DNA of 64,000 nt, taken from Croceibacterium sp. (GTDB lineage: Bacteria > Pseudomonadota > Alphaproteobacteria > Sphingomonadales > Sphingomonadaceae). Made by a program: the position numbers and the translations under genes. Where the stretch lies: NCBI GenBank assembly GCA_039920345.1, contig JBDSDZ010000036.1:6827-70826 (forward strand), given 5' to 3'. Shown here one piece after another: positions 1 through 8,424 of this stretch. The notes beneath the pieces were generated by a model, which was not told the DNA's origin, ran no database searches, and saw nothing but the letters and a program-made list of their open reading frames with translations. Every line of letters begins with the position of its first letter. Position 1 is the stretch's first letter.

Positions 1-1137
1 GCGGCTTGGATCATGCTGGGTAAGCTGGCCGACGCCGACCAGCGGTGTGGGGCTCATCTGGCCATAGCGCAGTTCATCGAACGCGCGGCGCATGGCTTCG
101 TAACTGGCCGGCATCAACTCGTACATAACCGCCGAAAGGTCGCCCGCCTTGAACCTGAGCGGCCCGTCGAGCGCGGCATGGACGGTGAAACAGGCGGCAG
201 GCGTGATGTGCGTGCGCAGCGCATTCTTCGCCACCGTCTGCGAGACCGAGGGCACCATCTCGGGCAGCACGTGCGGATGGATCGCGCCGATCACGCCGTC
301 GCTGCACGCCAATCGCTCGCCGTCGTCGAGCACGACGCCGGTCGCACGGCTGCCGTCGGTCACGACTTCGCGCACCTGGCACTTGGCGCGCACCGTTCCG
401 CCGTGGTCCTCGATGCACGCAATCAGCGCATTGGTGAGCGCGCCCGAACCACCGACCGGCACCCCGAAGCCAAACTTCTCGAGGAATCCGAGAAATACGT
501 ACGCGCCGATCCCGGTGGCCTTCTCGTCCGGCGAAACCAGGTTCTCGCCCGCCACGCGGCCGAAGTGCGCCTTGACCTTCTCGTGCTCGAACAGCTCGTC
601 CATCAGGTCGAACGTGCTCATGCCCATCGTGCGCACGATCTCGCGCCCCTCGGCGCTCTGGTCCATCATCGCGGTCTGCGCGCCGACGGGCATCGGCGGC
701 GAATAGAGCCCGGCCTGGATCATCGGCAGCCACTCGGCCGCCTGGCGCGACAGCTCGAGGAAGGTGTCCGCATCCCTGGCGCTGAACCGCCGGATCGCGT
801 CGGCCGACGTTCTGGCGTCACGGTGGAGCGGCAGCGTGGAACCGTCTTCCCATACGCTCATCATCGGCACATCGGGGAACAGGTAGCTGAGGCCGTACTT
901 CGATTTCAGCCCCAGTTCGTCGTTCAGCAGCAGCGGATTGCCCTGGATGAAGATGTGGCTCATCGAATGCTGATCGTGCTTGAAACCGGGCCGGGTAAGC
1001 TCGCGCGTGACCACCCCGCCGCCGAACCACGCGTTGCGTTCGAGCACCAGGACCTTGCGCCCCGCTACCGCGAGATAGGCGGCGGCGACGAGGCCGTTGT
1101 GGCCCGATCCGATGACGATGATGTCGGCGTCACTCAT
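1..1137 (-). CDS. Phytoene desaturase-like NAD(P)/FAD-dependent oxidoreductase (COG1233 type), 3' end runs off the window
   Basis: Read by hand from ATG at 1137: MSDADIIVIGSGHNGLVAAAYLAVAGRKVLVLERNAWFGGGVVTRELTRPGFKHDQHS. GxGxxG FAD motif. Absent from the ORF track because it is truncated. Confidence 0.85.
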   Translation of the reverse strand, partial: MSDADIIVIGSGHNGLVAAAYLAVAGRKVLVLERNAWFGGGVVTRELTRPGFKHDQHSMSHIFIQGNPLLLNDELGLKSKYGLSYLFPDVPMMSVWEDGSTLPLHRDARTSADAIRRFSARDADTFLELSRQAAEWLPMIQAGLYSPPMPVGAQTAMMDQSAEGREIVRTMGMSTFDLMDELFEHEKVKAHFGRVAGENLVSPDEKATGIGAYVFLGFLEKFGFGVPVGGSGALTNALIACIEDHGGTVRAKCQVREVVTDGSRATGVVLDDGERLACSDGVIGAIHPHVLPEMVPSVSQTVAKNALRTHITPAACFTVHAALDGPLRFKAGDLSAVMYELMPASYEAMRRAFDELRYGQMSPTPLVGVGQLTQHDPSR

Positions 1138-1147
1138 GCAAATTCCT

Positions 1148-2293
1148 TCAGATCATCGCCGACAGGGCGAGGTCGCTCAGCTTCTGGCAGCGTTCGATGT
1201 TGGCGGCCTGCGTCATCACCCCGGCGCTGCACAGTGCGAAGCTGACGTCGCGCGCTGGATCGACCCAGAACATCGTGCTGCCCGCGCCATAATTGCCGTG
1301 CGTTTCGGGGCTGGCGAGGGTGCCAAACAGGTGATGGAACACGCCCGTCCCGCGCACCTGGAAGCCGATGCCCTGATTGGCGGGCGGCACTTCCCACCCG
1401 GCGTTTTCGGCCACCCGCTTGTACAGTTCGTTGGGCATCGTGCCGGTGTGGACCTGCCGTGCCAGCGCCAGCATGGCCGGCGAGAGCAGCCGCGCGCCAT
1501 CGAGCTCACCTCCGCGGCGGAGCATCTCGGCAAAGCGGAAAAGATCGCCGCTGGTAGAAGCGCAGCCGACGTGCGGCGCCTCGACCGCCGGATCCTCGAA
1601 CAGCGCGTGGTCGCCTTCGATGTTGCGGCTGAGGTGCTTGATCGGCACCGTCCCGCGCATGTCGGGCTTTACATGACGCGGCGCGAGGTCGGCCCGCAGG
1701 CCCATGCTGGTGCTGTCCATCCCGAGCGGCGCAAACAGGTCTTCGTGCAGCAGCGTCTGGTAATTGCGGCCCTTGGGATCGATCCGCACCAGCACCGTGC
1801 CCATCAGCACGTGATTGACCAGCGGCGAGTAATCGCAGCGGCTGCCCGGCGGCACTTCGCCGTGGACGTGCGCAATGGAGGCGTCGAACAGTTCGCTTAA
1901 GCGGTCGAGGAACATGCCCGGCTGCGGGCTCCACACGCCGGGCATGCCAGCGGTGTGCGTCAACAGGTGGTAGAACGTCGCGTCCTCACGCGGGGCGCCG
2001 GTAAATTCGGGCAGCACGTCGCGCACCTTGGTGGTCAGCGCGAAACGGCCTTCCTCGATCGCTTTGAGCACCAACACATTGGTGAAGGCCTTGGTGACCG
2101 AGAAGATCGAGAACACGTCTTCGTAGGCGAGAGGCCGCGCCCCTTCGCCATCCTGCGCGCCCAGCGCCTCGGCGAACACCACCTCGCCGCCGCGCCCCAC
2201 GGTCAGCACTGCGCCGAAGTAATCGCCGCGCGCGACATCGGCGAGGATCACTTCGCGCAGGGTGTCCAGGCGCTCCTTCCATACCGATGCCAT
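1148..2293 (-). CDS. Serine hydrolase, beta-lactamase/class C esterase family
   Basis: SxxK (FSVTK), LLTHTAG, YS motif; ATG at 2293. Confidence 0.9.
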   Translation of the reverse strand: MASVWKERLDTLREVILADVARGDYFGAVLTVGRGGEVVFAEALGAQDGEGARPLAYEDVFSIFSVTKAFTNVLVLKAIEEGRFALTTKVRDVLPEFTGAPREDATFYHLLTHTAGMPGVWSPQPGMFLDRLSELFDASIAHVHGEVPPGSRCDYSPLVNHVLMGTVLVRIDPKGRNYQTLLHEDLFAPLGMDSTSMGLRADLAPRHVKPDMRGTVPIKHLSRNIEGDHALFEDPAVEAPHVGCASTSGDLFRFAEMLRRGGELDGARLLSPAMLALARQVHTGTMPNELYKRVAENAGWEVPPANQGIGFQVRGTGVFHHLFGTLASPETHGNYGAGSTMFWVDPARDVSFALCSAGVMTQAANIERCQKLSDLALSAMI

Positions 2294-2301
2294 CACCCTC
2301 T

Positions 2302-2376
2302 CCGCTCATGCTGAGCCTGTCGAAGCATGCTCGCATCAGCTTCGCGCCTGGCCTTCGACAAGCTCAGGCTGAGCGG
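2302..2376. repeat. Intergenic palindromic (REP-like) element, CTTCGACAAGCTCAG type
   Basis: CCGCTCATGCTGAGCCTGTCGAAG ... CTTCGACAAGCTCAGGCTGAGCGG imperfect inverted repeat, of a type common in sphingomonads. Confidence 0.8.
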
Positions 2377-2401
2377 GTGTTGGGAAACTTGGGTCATATT
2401 C

Positions 2402-3151
2402 TCACCCCGCCGCGATGATGCCGCCGTCGATGGCGAGCATGGCCCCGTTGATGAACGCCGCTTCGTCGCTGAGCAGGAAGGCGGCCGCCTGCGCCACATC
2501 TTCGGGCGTGCCGTTGCGCCTGAGCGGGATGTTCTTCGCCCGCTGGCCGTATTGCTCTGGCGTCACGAAGTCGGCGGTGGCGGGTGTCGGCACGCTGCCC
2601 GGCGCGATGGCATTGACCCGGATGCCGCGCGGGCCAAGCTCGCCCGCCAGCACCTTGGTCAAGCCGGCGATGCCTGCCTTGATCGTGGTGTAGGCGCCGG
2701 TGTTGGGCCGCCCGCGATAGGCGACGGGCGAGGAGTAGTTGAGGATGTTGCCGCTATTGCCCTCGTCGCGGTGGGCGAGGAACGCCTGCACGCCCCAGAA
2801 CACGCTCTTGAGCCCGGCTGAGAGCATCCGGTCGAGCGTTTCTTCGGTGATCGCCTCGATCGGCTCGTACACCAGCACGCTGGCGTTGTTGATTACCGCG
2901 CGCAGCGGGCCTGCCTCGCTGGCAAAAGCCTCCGCTACGTCGAGGAAAGCCTGCCGCCGCCCCAGGTCCGCGCCATAGGCATACGCCTTGCCCCCGGCGC
3001 GCCGAATTGACGCCACGACGTCATGCGCGGTCTGCTCATTGATGTCCGCCACGCCGACAACCGCACCTTCTGCCGCGAGGTGGCGGGCGATGCCTTCGCC
3101 CAGCCCGCGCCCGGCACCGGAAATCAGGATCGGCCGGCCGTCAAAGCGCAT
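2402..3151 (-). CDS. Short-chain dehydrogenase/reductase (SDR)
   Basis: MRFDGRPILISGAGRGLG, NNA, YxxxK (YTTIK), NAIAPG; ATG at 3151 overlaps the upstream stop. Confidence 0.93.
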   Translation of the reverse strand: MRFDGRPILISGAGRGLGEGIARHLAAEGAVVGVADINEQTAHDVVASIRRAGGKAYAYGADLGRRQAFLDVAEAFASEAGPLRAVINNASVLVYEPIEAITEETLDRMLSAGLKSVFWGVQAFLAHRDEGNSGNILNYSSPVAYRGRPNTGAYTTIKAGIAGLTKVLAGELGPRGIRVNAIAPGSVPTPATADFVTPEQYGQRAKNIPLRRNGTPEDVAQAAAFLLSDEAAFINGAMLAIDGGIIAAG

Positions 3152-3564
3152 CAGTCCATCCCGAACAATTTGGCGGTGTAATGGCTGTCCATGTACTCGC
3201 GCATCGCGTCGACCTTGCCGTTCGAGACTTCGAACACCCAGCAATAGTCGTTGTCGTAGACCTTGCCGTCCATCGTCTTGCCCGTGGAATTGCTTTCCAC
3301 GCAGACCCACGGCCCGGCGGAAAACATGTTCTGCACGTGGACTTTGGGATCGCCCGGCTCGAACATCCCGCGCACCGGCGCGAGGAACTTGTCGATGATG
3401 TCCATGCCCACGTGTTTGCCGGCCCCGGCGATGTCCTTGACCTTGGGCTCCCACACCGAACGCTCGTGATAGAACGTGCGCAGTTTTTCGAGATCGCCCG
3501 ACGACAACACCTCGAAGAAATCGAGCACCAGCTGCTCGTTGGCATTGGCGGCAGTTACACTCAT
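3151..3564 (-). CDS. NTF2/SnoaL-like (ketosteroid isomerase-related) protein
   Basis: 137 aa; G..YDNDYCWVFEVSNGKV..MREYMD signature. Confidence 0.88.
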   Translation of the reverse strand: MSVTAANANEQLVLDFFEVLSSGDLEKLRTFYHERSVWEPKVKDIAGAGKHVGMDIIDKFLAPVRGMFEPGDPKVHVQNMFSAGPWVCVESNSTGKTMDGKVYDNDYCWVFEVSNGKVDAMREYMDSHYTAKLFGMD

Positions 3565-4037
3565 TTCAGGCCTCTCGCTTCGTCGCTGGGTGCGGGGATA
3601 TTGGGCATCGCGCCGCCCTGGTGTAGCGCGACCTGGCCATAGCGTGACATGAACTTCCAGCCTTCGCCGGTCTTCACGTAATGGTCCTCGAACCCGCCGA
3701 CATAGAGCCCGCCGGCTTCCTGCGGCGGCTCGGTTGATGCGTGGCTGGAGAGCATCGCGAGGTAGTTGGTGCCGCGCGCTTCGTTGTCGGAGATGACCTC
3801 GACCAGCACGTTGGTGACCACGTGGCGGACCAGGATCGGCGGCCGGTCGCGGAAGATGGCCTGCACCCGGTCGCGCCCGAAGAACGGGAAATCGGGCTGG
3901 AACGGCCGCGCGAAGGTGCAGTCCTCGGTGAACAGGTCAGCCAGCGCGGCGTGATCGCCATTGTCCGCGTATTTCGCAAACAGCAGCGGCAGTTTCGCGC
4001 ACTCGGCCTCGATCCTGAGACGCTTCTTGTCTTTCAT
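3561..4037 (-). CDS. NTF2/SnoaL_4-like protein
   Basis: LADLFTEDC, RHVVTN, G.FEDHYVKTGEGWKF pattern; overlapping stop/start. Confidence 0.85.
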   Translation of the reverse strand: MKDKKRLRIEAECAKLPLLFAKYADNGDHAALADLFTEDCTFARPFQPDFPFFGRDRVQAIFRDRPPILVRHVVTNVLVEVISDNEARGTNYLAMLSSHASTEPPQEAGGLYVGGFEDHYVKTGEGWKFMSRYGQVALHQGGAMPNIPAPSDEARGLK

Positions 4038-4423
4038 TCGCCTGACTCCGCATCGATTTCGGCAAAGGCTTCGTTGGCCAGCCGGAAGCTATCGACCGCC
4101 GCCGGGATACCGCCGTAAATGCCGACTTGCAGCAGCACCTCGCGGATTTCCTCCTTGCTGAGTCCGTTGTTTAGCGCGCCGCGCACGTGCGCCTTCAGCT
4201 CATGCCCGCGATTGAGCACCGCGATCATCGCCAGGTTGATCAGGCTGCGGTCACGCCGGGGCAAGCCCTCGCGGCTCCAGTTCCAGCCCCAGCAATAGGT
4301 CGTGACCAGTTCCTGCAGCGGATCGTTGAACGGGCCGGATTTCGCCAGCGCGCGGTCGACATAGGCATCGCCCAGCACCTCGCGGCGAATTGTCATGCCC
4401 TTGTTGTAGAGGTCCTTGTCCAT
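4034..4423 (-). CDS. Carboxymuconolactone decarboxylase (CMD) family protein
   Basis: G..IRREVLG, WSREGL.RRDRSLINLAM, ELKAHVRGALNNG, YGGIPAA. Confidence 0.9.
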   Translation of the reverse strand: MDKDLYNKGMTIRREVLGDAYVDRALAKSGPFNDPLQELVTTYCWGWNWSREGLPRRDRSLINLAMIAVLNRGHELKAHVRGALNNGLSKEEIREVLLQVGIYGGIPAAVDSFRLANEAFAEIDAESGE

Positions 4424-4448
4424 TCGCTTATCCTTCAAATTCCAACCT

Positions 4449-4531
4449 CGTCACCCCGGGCCTAACCCGGGGTCTCGCTTTCGTGCGGCACCGGCCACCA
4501 AGCCGGACCCCGGATCAAGTCCGGGGTGACG
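4449..4531. repeat. Intergenic palindromic element (GTCACCCCGG...CCGGGGTGAC type)
   Basis: CGTCACCCCGGGCCTAACCCGGGGTC ... GACCCCGGATCAAGTCCGGGGTGACG nested hairpin, typical of alphaproteobacterial REP/RPE-like elements. Confidence 0.8.
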
Positions 4532-4544
4532 GAGTAAGGGTGGC

Positions 4545-5777
4545 TCACCCCGCCACCTGATAAACCGCGTCGATCAGGCGCCGGGCGCGCGGGCCGTTGG
4601 TGCCGACCGCGTGCATCTGGTTGCAGCAATAGGCAAAGCCGAGCTTCGCATCAGGATCGCCAAAACCGATCGAGCCGCCGAGGCCGTGGTGGCCAAAGCT
4701 GCGCATGTTCGGCCCCATGAACACCGCTTCGGGGGTGTTGAGAAGCACTCCGTTGGCCTGGTGATAGGGCCGTTCCTGCAGCAGCTCTGTCTGGTTGTGC
4801 TGCTCGGCAATCATCGCTTCGAGCTGGCCGTTCGACATCAGCGACACGCCATCCACCTCGCCCACCGTCGCGCCATAGATGCGCGCCACGCCGCGGGCGT
4901 TGCCGTGGCCCGACCCGCTGGCGATCTCGCAGGTGCGCCAGATCGGCGAATTCATGGTGGTGTGCCACGGTTCGGCCGGGTTCTGCAGGAAGGCGAAGCT
5001 GCGCAGCACGGCGCCGTCCTGCCACCCTTCGGGCGTGGTCGGCTTGTCCGGAATGGCGGCGTCCTTGGCCGCGAACAGGCGCGCGCCGGTATTGGGCAGG
5101 ACTTCGGCGACATGCGCCTGCTGCTGTTCATCCATCCCGCCGATGTAGTATTCGGCATGCAGGGGCTGGGTGACGTTCTGTTTTAGGAACGGGCCGATGG
5201 TCATGCCGGTCACCCGGCGCAGGATCTCGCCCAGCAGGAAGCCCTGGTTGTGGACATGGTAGGCGGCGCGGGTGCCCGGCTGCCACAGCGGCTCCTGCAC
5301 TTCGAGCGCGCGGATGTAGGCCGCAAAATCGAAGAAACCGCCGGAGTACATCGTGTCGGTGGTCAGCACCGGAATCGCGGCCAGGTGGTCGAGCACCATG
5401 CGCACCGTGATGTCCTGTTTCCCGCCTTGCGCGAATTCGGGCCAGTAGCGCGCGATCGGCGCATCGGCATCGATCAGCCCGCGATCGATCGCCATGTTGA
5501 AGCAGATGCCGGTCACGCCCTTGGCGACGCTCATCATGCAGACGGTGGTGTGCTCGTCCCAGTCCTCGCTGCGGTCGGACCTGGCCCAGCCGCCCCACAA
5601 GTCGACCACGGTTTCGCCGTCGATCACGACCGAGGTGGCCGCGCCCAGCTCCTCCTCGACGCGGAAGTTTTCGATGAAGGCATCGAACACAGAACTGAAC
5701 TGTTCATCGCAGATTCCACGCAAGTGGAATGATCCGCCGCGCGCTTCAATCGTCTCGCTGAAATCATAATGACCCAA
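4545..5777 (-). CDS. Serine hydrolase/esterase, beta-lactamase family
   Basis: SxxK (MSVAK), YWPEFAQGGK, YH, FGHHGLGGS; TTG start behind AAAGGAGAG RBS. Confidence 0.9.
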   Translation of the reverse strand: MGHYDFSETIEARGGSFHLRGICDEQFSSVFDAFIENFRVEEELGAATSVVIDGETVVDLWGGWARSDRSEDWDEHTTVCMMSVAKGVTGICFNMAIDRGLIDADAPIARYWPEFAQGGKQDITVRMVLDHLAAIPVLTTDTMYSGGFFDFAAYIRALEVQEPLWQPGTRAAYHVHNQGFLLGEILRRVTGMTIGPFLKQNVTQPLHAEYYIGGMDEQQQAHVAEVLPNTGARLFAAKDAAIPDKPTTPEGWQDGAVLRSFAFLQNPAEPWHTTMNSPIWRTCEIASGSGHGNARGVARIYGATVGEVDGVSLMSNGQLEAMIAEQHNQTELLQERPYHQANGVLLNTPEAVFMGPNMRSFGHHGLGGSIGFGDPDAKLGFAYCCNQMHAVGTNGPRARRLIDAVYQVAG

Positions 5778-5907
5778 GCTGCTCTCCTTTCAGCCGAGCC
5801 GTTACGACTCTAACGCGCGTTACTGCTAGGCGAGCGGGCGCGGCGGCGAAAGGCCCTATGCAGGCAAACGCTCGACGGGCCATGTTGCGCATGGGAGAGA
5901 CAGGCGA

Positions 5908-7092
5908 ATGCATGACGTAATCGTAGTGGGCGGCGGGCCGACCGGCTTCGTGACCGCGCTTGGCCTGGCGCAGGCCGGGGCCAGCGTGTGCCTGATCGAG
6001 GCCGGGTCGGCGATCATCAGTAGCCCGCGCGCCTGCGTCTATCACTGGTCGATGCTCGACGGGCTGGAGCGGCTCGGCATCCGCGAGGAGGCGGAACGGA
6101 TCGGCTATACCAAGGACGATTACCTGTGGCTGGTCAAACAGACCGGTGAGCGCCTGCCCTACGACCTCAAGGTGCTCTCCAGCGTCACCGCGTTTCCGTA
6201 CAACATCCAGCTTGGGCAGGACCGGCTGGCCGAAATCTGCCTCGCGCGGCTGCTGGCGATGCCCCACGCTGAGGTGCTCTGGCAGACCGCGTTCACCGCG
6301 CTGGCCGAGGACGCCGACGGCGTCACCGTTACTGCCCAAACGCCCGAGGGGCCGCTCGAACTGCGCGCGCGCTATGTCGTCGGCGCGGATGGCGCGGGCA
6401 GCGCGGTGCGCGGCGCGCTGGGCCTGTCGTTCGACGGCATGACCTGGCCCGAACGCTTCGTTGCGACCAACCTTACCCACGATTTCGAGAGCGGCGGGTA
6501 TTGGCAATCGACCATGGTGGTGGACGCGCAATGGGGCGCGGTGATCGTCAAGATCACCCGCGAGGGGCTGTGGCGCTGCACCTACATGGAAGACGCCGCC
6601 TTGCCCGAGGACAGCTATCTCGAACGCCTGCCGGTGGCGTACCGCAACCTGCTGCCGGGCGAAGGCGGCTACCACCTGGTCCAAGCCGCCCCCTACAAGA
6701 TGCACCAGCGCTGCGCGGAGACCTTCCGCAAGGGCCGCGTGATGCTGGCCGGCGATGCCGCGCATGTGACCAACCCGACCGGCGGCTTCGGCCTGACCAC
6801 CGGGCTATTCGATGCCTTCGCCCTGTGGCCGACGCTGGCGGCCGTCATCCTCGATAACGCCGACGACGCCCTGCTCGATACCTGGGCCAAGGAGCGGCGC
6901 ATGATCTTCCTCGAGAAAACCAGCCCGCAGGCCATCGCCTACAAGGACTTTGTATTCCACGCCTGCGGCGGCGGCGCGCGGCTCGAAGAACGCCTCGACG
7001 GCATGCGCGCGATGGTGCGCGATCCCAACGTTCGGCTGCAACGGCTGCTGTTCACCAAGGGGCTTGAGACGACCAGCCCGGCGGAACGGTGA
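5908..7092 (+). CDS. FAD-dependent monooxygenase (group A aromatic hydroxylase type)
   Basis: GGGPTG, GADGAGS, RVMLAGDAAH..NP.GG.G motifs. Confidence 0.92.
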   Translation: MHDVIVVGGGPTGFVTALGLAQAGASVCLIEAGSAIISSPRACVYHWSMLDGLERLGIREEAERIGYTKDDYLWLVKQTGERLPYDLKVLSSVTAFPYNIQLGQDRLAEICLARLLAMPHAEVLWQTAFTALAEDADGVTVTAQTPEGPLELRARYVVGADGAGSAVRGALGLSFDGMTWPERFVATNLTHDFESGGYWQSTMVVDAQWGAVIVKITREGLWRCTYMEDAALPEDSYLERLPVAYRNLLPGEGGYHLVQAAPYKMHQRCAETFRKGRVMLAGDAAHVTNPTGGFGLTTGLFDAFALWPTLAAVILDNADDALLDTWAKERRMIFLEKTSPQAIAYKDFVFHACGGGARLEERLDGMRAMVRDPNVRLQRLLFTKGLETTSPAER

Positions 7093-7103
7093 GCCGCGTA
7101 GGC

Positions 7104-7514
7104 TCAGGCCGGCTTGGTCGCTCGTCGTAGGAACAGTTGATTTGCCGCTAGCGCTAGACCGGTAAGGGGGAGGGGGGATATCAACATGATAAATGCCCCA
7201 CCTATGTCCACACCCGAGCCATCCGGCGATCGCTGATATGCGATCCCTTTGGAAAGCCACCACCAGTGCAAGCATCCGGTCGCGGCGAATACGACCAGCC
7301 ACGGGTAAATGCGAGGCGGAGCCAAGGCCAGAAATACGAACGGGATCGCGGCAAGAACTGCGTTCACCGCGATTACATCCGGCCCGCTCAGGTCGACAGG
7401 GCGGTGAAGTGCATCGGCGAAAACGACATTTGCTCCGATTGAAAACAGCGCACCAATTGAAAATGCCAGCGTAAGCAATCCGACGCGAAGCATGGTCCGT
7501 GATCGTGAAGACAT
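7104..7514 (-). CDS. Hypothetical membrane protein (about 4 hydrophobic segments)
   Basis: MSSRSRTMLRVGLLTLAFSIG...; start uncertain (7514 or 7493); more AT-rich than neighbours. Confidence 0.55.
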   Translation of the reverse strand: MSSRSRTMLRVGLLTLAFSIGALFSIGANVVFADALHRPVDLSGPDVIAVNAVLAAIPFVFLALAPPRIYPWLVVFAATGCLHWWWLSKGIAYQRSPDGSGVDIGGAFIMLISPLPLTGLALAANQLFLRRATKPA

Positions 7515-7524
7515 TCCTTGCCCC

Positions 7525-8334
7525 CTAGAAATAAGCAATCGTCCGCACTTCGATGCTCTGCCTTGGCGCGGCTTCGGGTGGGGTGTCGGGGTCTTCGAAC
7601 GCGCTGTGGGCGCTGAACTGGACGGCGTCGGGGTCGCTGTCGAACAGCTTGAACACCAGCGCTTCCCTTGGGCACATGTGCGGCACCCAGTACCAGCGGT
7701 GCGCCGGGTTGAAGGCGAGGTTGAAGCCCCAGAGCGAGCGGCGCTGGAAATCGCCGAGACCGCCGACGACTTCGCTGTCGAACAGGTCCGCCCGGCTGAC
7801 CGTGCTGGCATCGCACACTGCCAGCGGCGCGGATTCGACCCTCACGATCGGGCGCCACACGTTGATCAGCATGAAGCGCCCAGCCAGCCGCCGCTCGGCT
7901 TCTTCGGCAGGCAGCAGGTCACGGGTGAAATCGCTCACCGTGCGAAGCCCGTAATCGACATGCGCGCCGTGCGCCGGCTGGTTGTGGCCATGCGCGCCAC
8001 TGGCGTTAGTGCGGATGATCGGGCCGAAGCTGACCACTTTGTCTGCCCCGGTCAGCCGCTGCACCAGCGCTTCGGTTTGGCGGCAATAGAGCGCGAGCTG
8101 GTCTGGGTCGGTGAAGTCGGTAACCGCGGTGCTTTCATCCGCCAGCACGAACCCGTTGCGATCGAACGCGAGTTGCCCCGCGATCGGCCTCACATCGTGG
8201 ATTGTCACCGGGTGCTCGTCGACTGGCCAGTAGCTCTTGGCGCGATCGCCCGCGTTGAACGTCGCCTTCTCGCCGCGCACTACGTATTTCATCGTCGTGT
8301 GCACGTCGCAGACGATATCGGGCGTGTCGTCCAC
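7525..8334 (-). CDS. CmcJ/NvfI/AsaB-like oxidoreductase (putative Fe(II)/2OG-dependent)
   Basis: AHVDY (HxD), INVWRP, PLAVCDA, WYW.P.M...E.LVFK.FDS, HSAF, RQSIEVR; GTG at 8334 after GAGGAG. Confidence 0.85.
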   Translation of the reverse strand: MDDTPDIVCDVHTTMKYVVRGEKATFNAGDRAKSYWPVDEHPVTIHDVRPIAGQLAFDRNGFVLADESTAVTDFTDPDQLALYCRQTEALVQRLTGADKVVSFGPIIRTNASGAHGHNQPAHGAHVDYGLRTVSDFTRDLLPAEEAERRLAGRFMLINVWRPIVRVESAPLAVCDASTVSRADLFDSEVVGGLGDFQRRSLWGFNLAFNPAHRWYWVPHMCPREALVFKLFDSDPDAVQFSAHSAFEDPDTPPEAAPRQSIEVRTIAYF

Positions 8335-8424
8335 CGGGCCTCTCCTCATATCCTTTGACGGGATTTGCCGCGCAGCATAGCCTCGCCAGCAAGCCGCCGT
8401 CGAGCGGCATGGGAGGGAAACTGC

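Noticed and set aside
13-1245. 410-aa plus-strand ORF, and many similar long antisense ORFs across the window
   Set aside because: Shadow ORFs opposite real high-GC genes; no recognisable motifs. The real gene here is on the minus strand.
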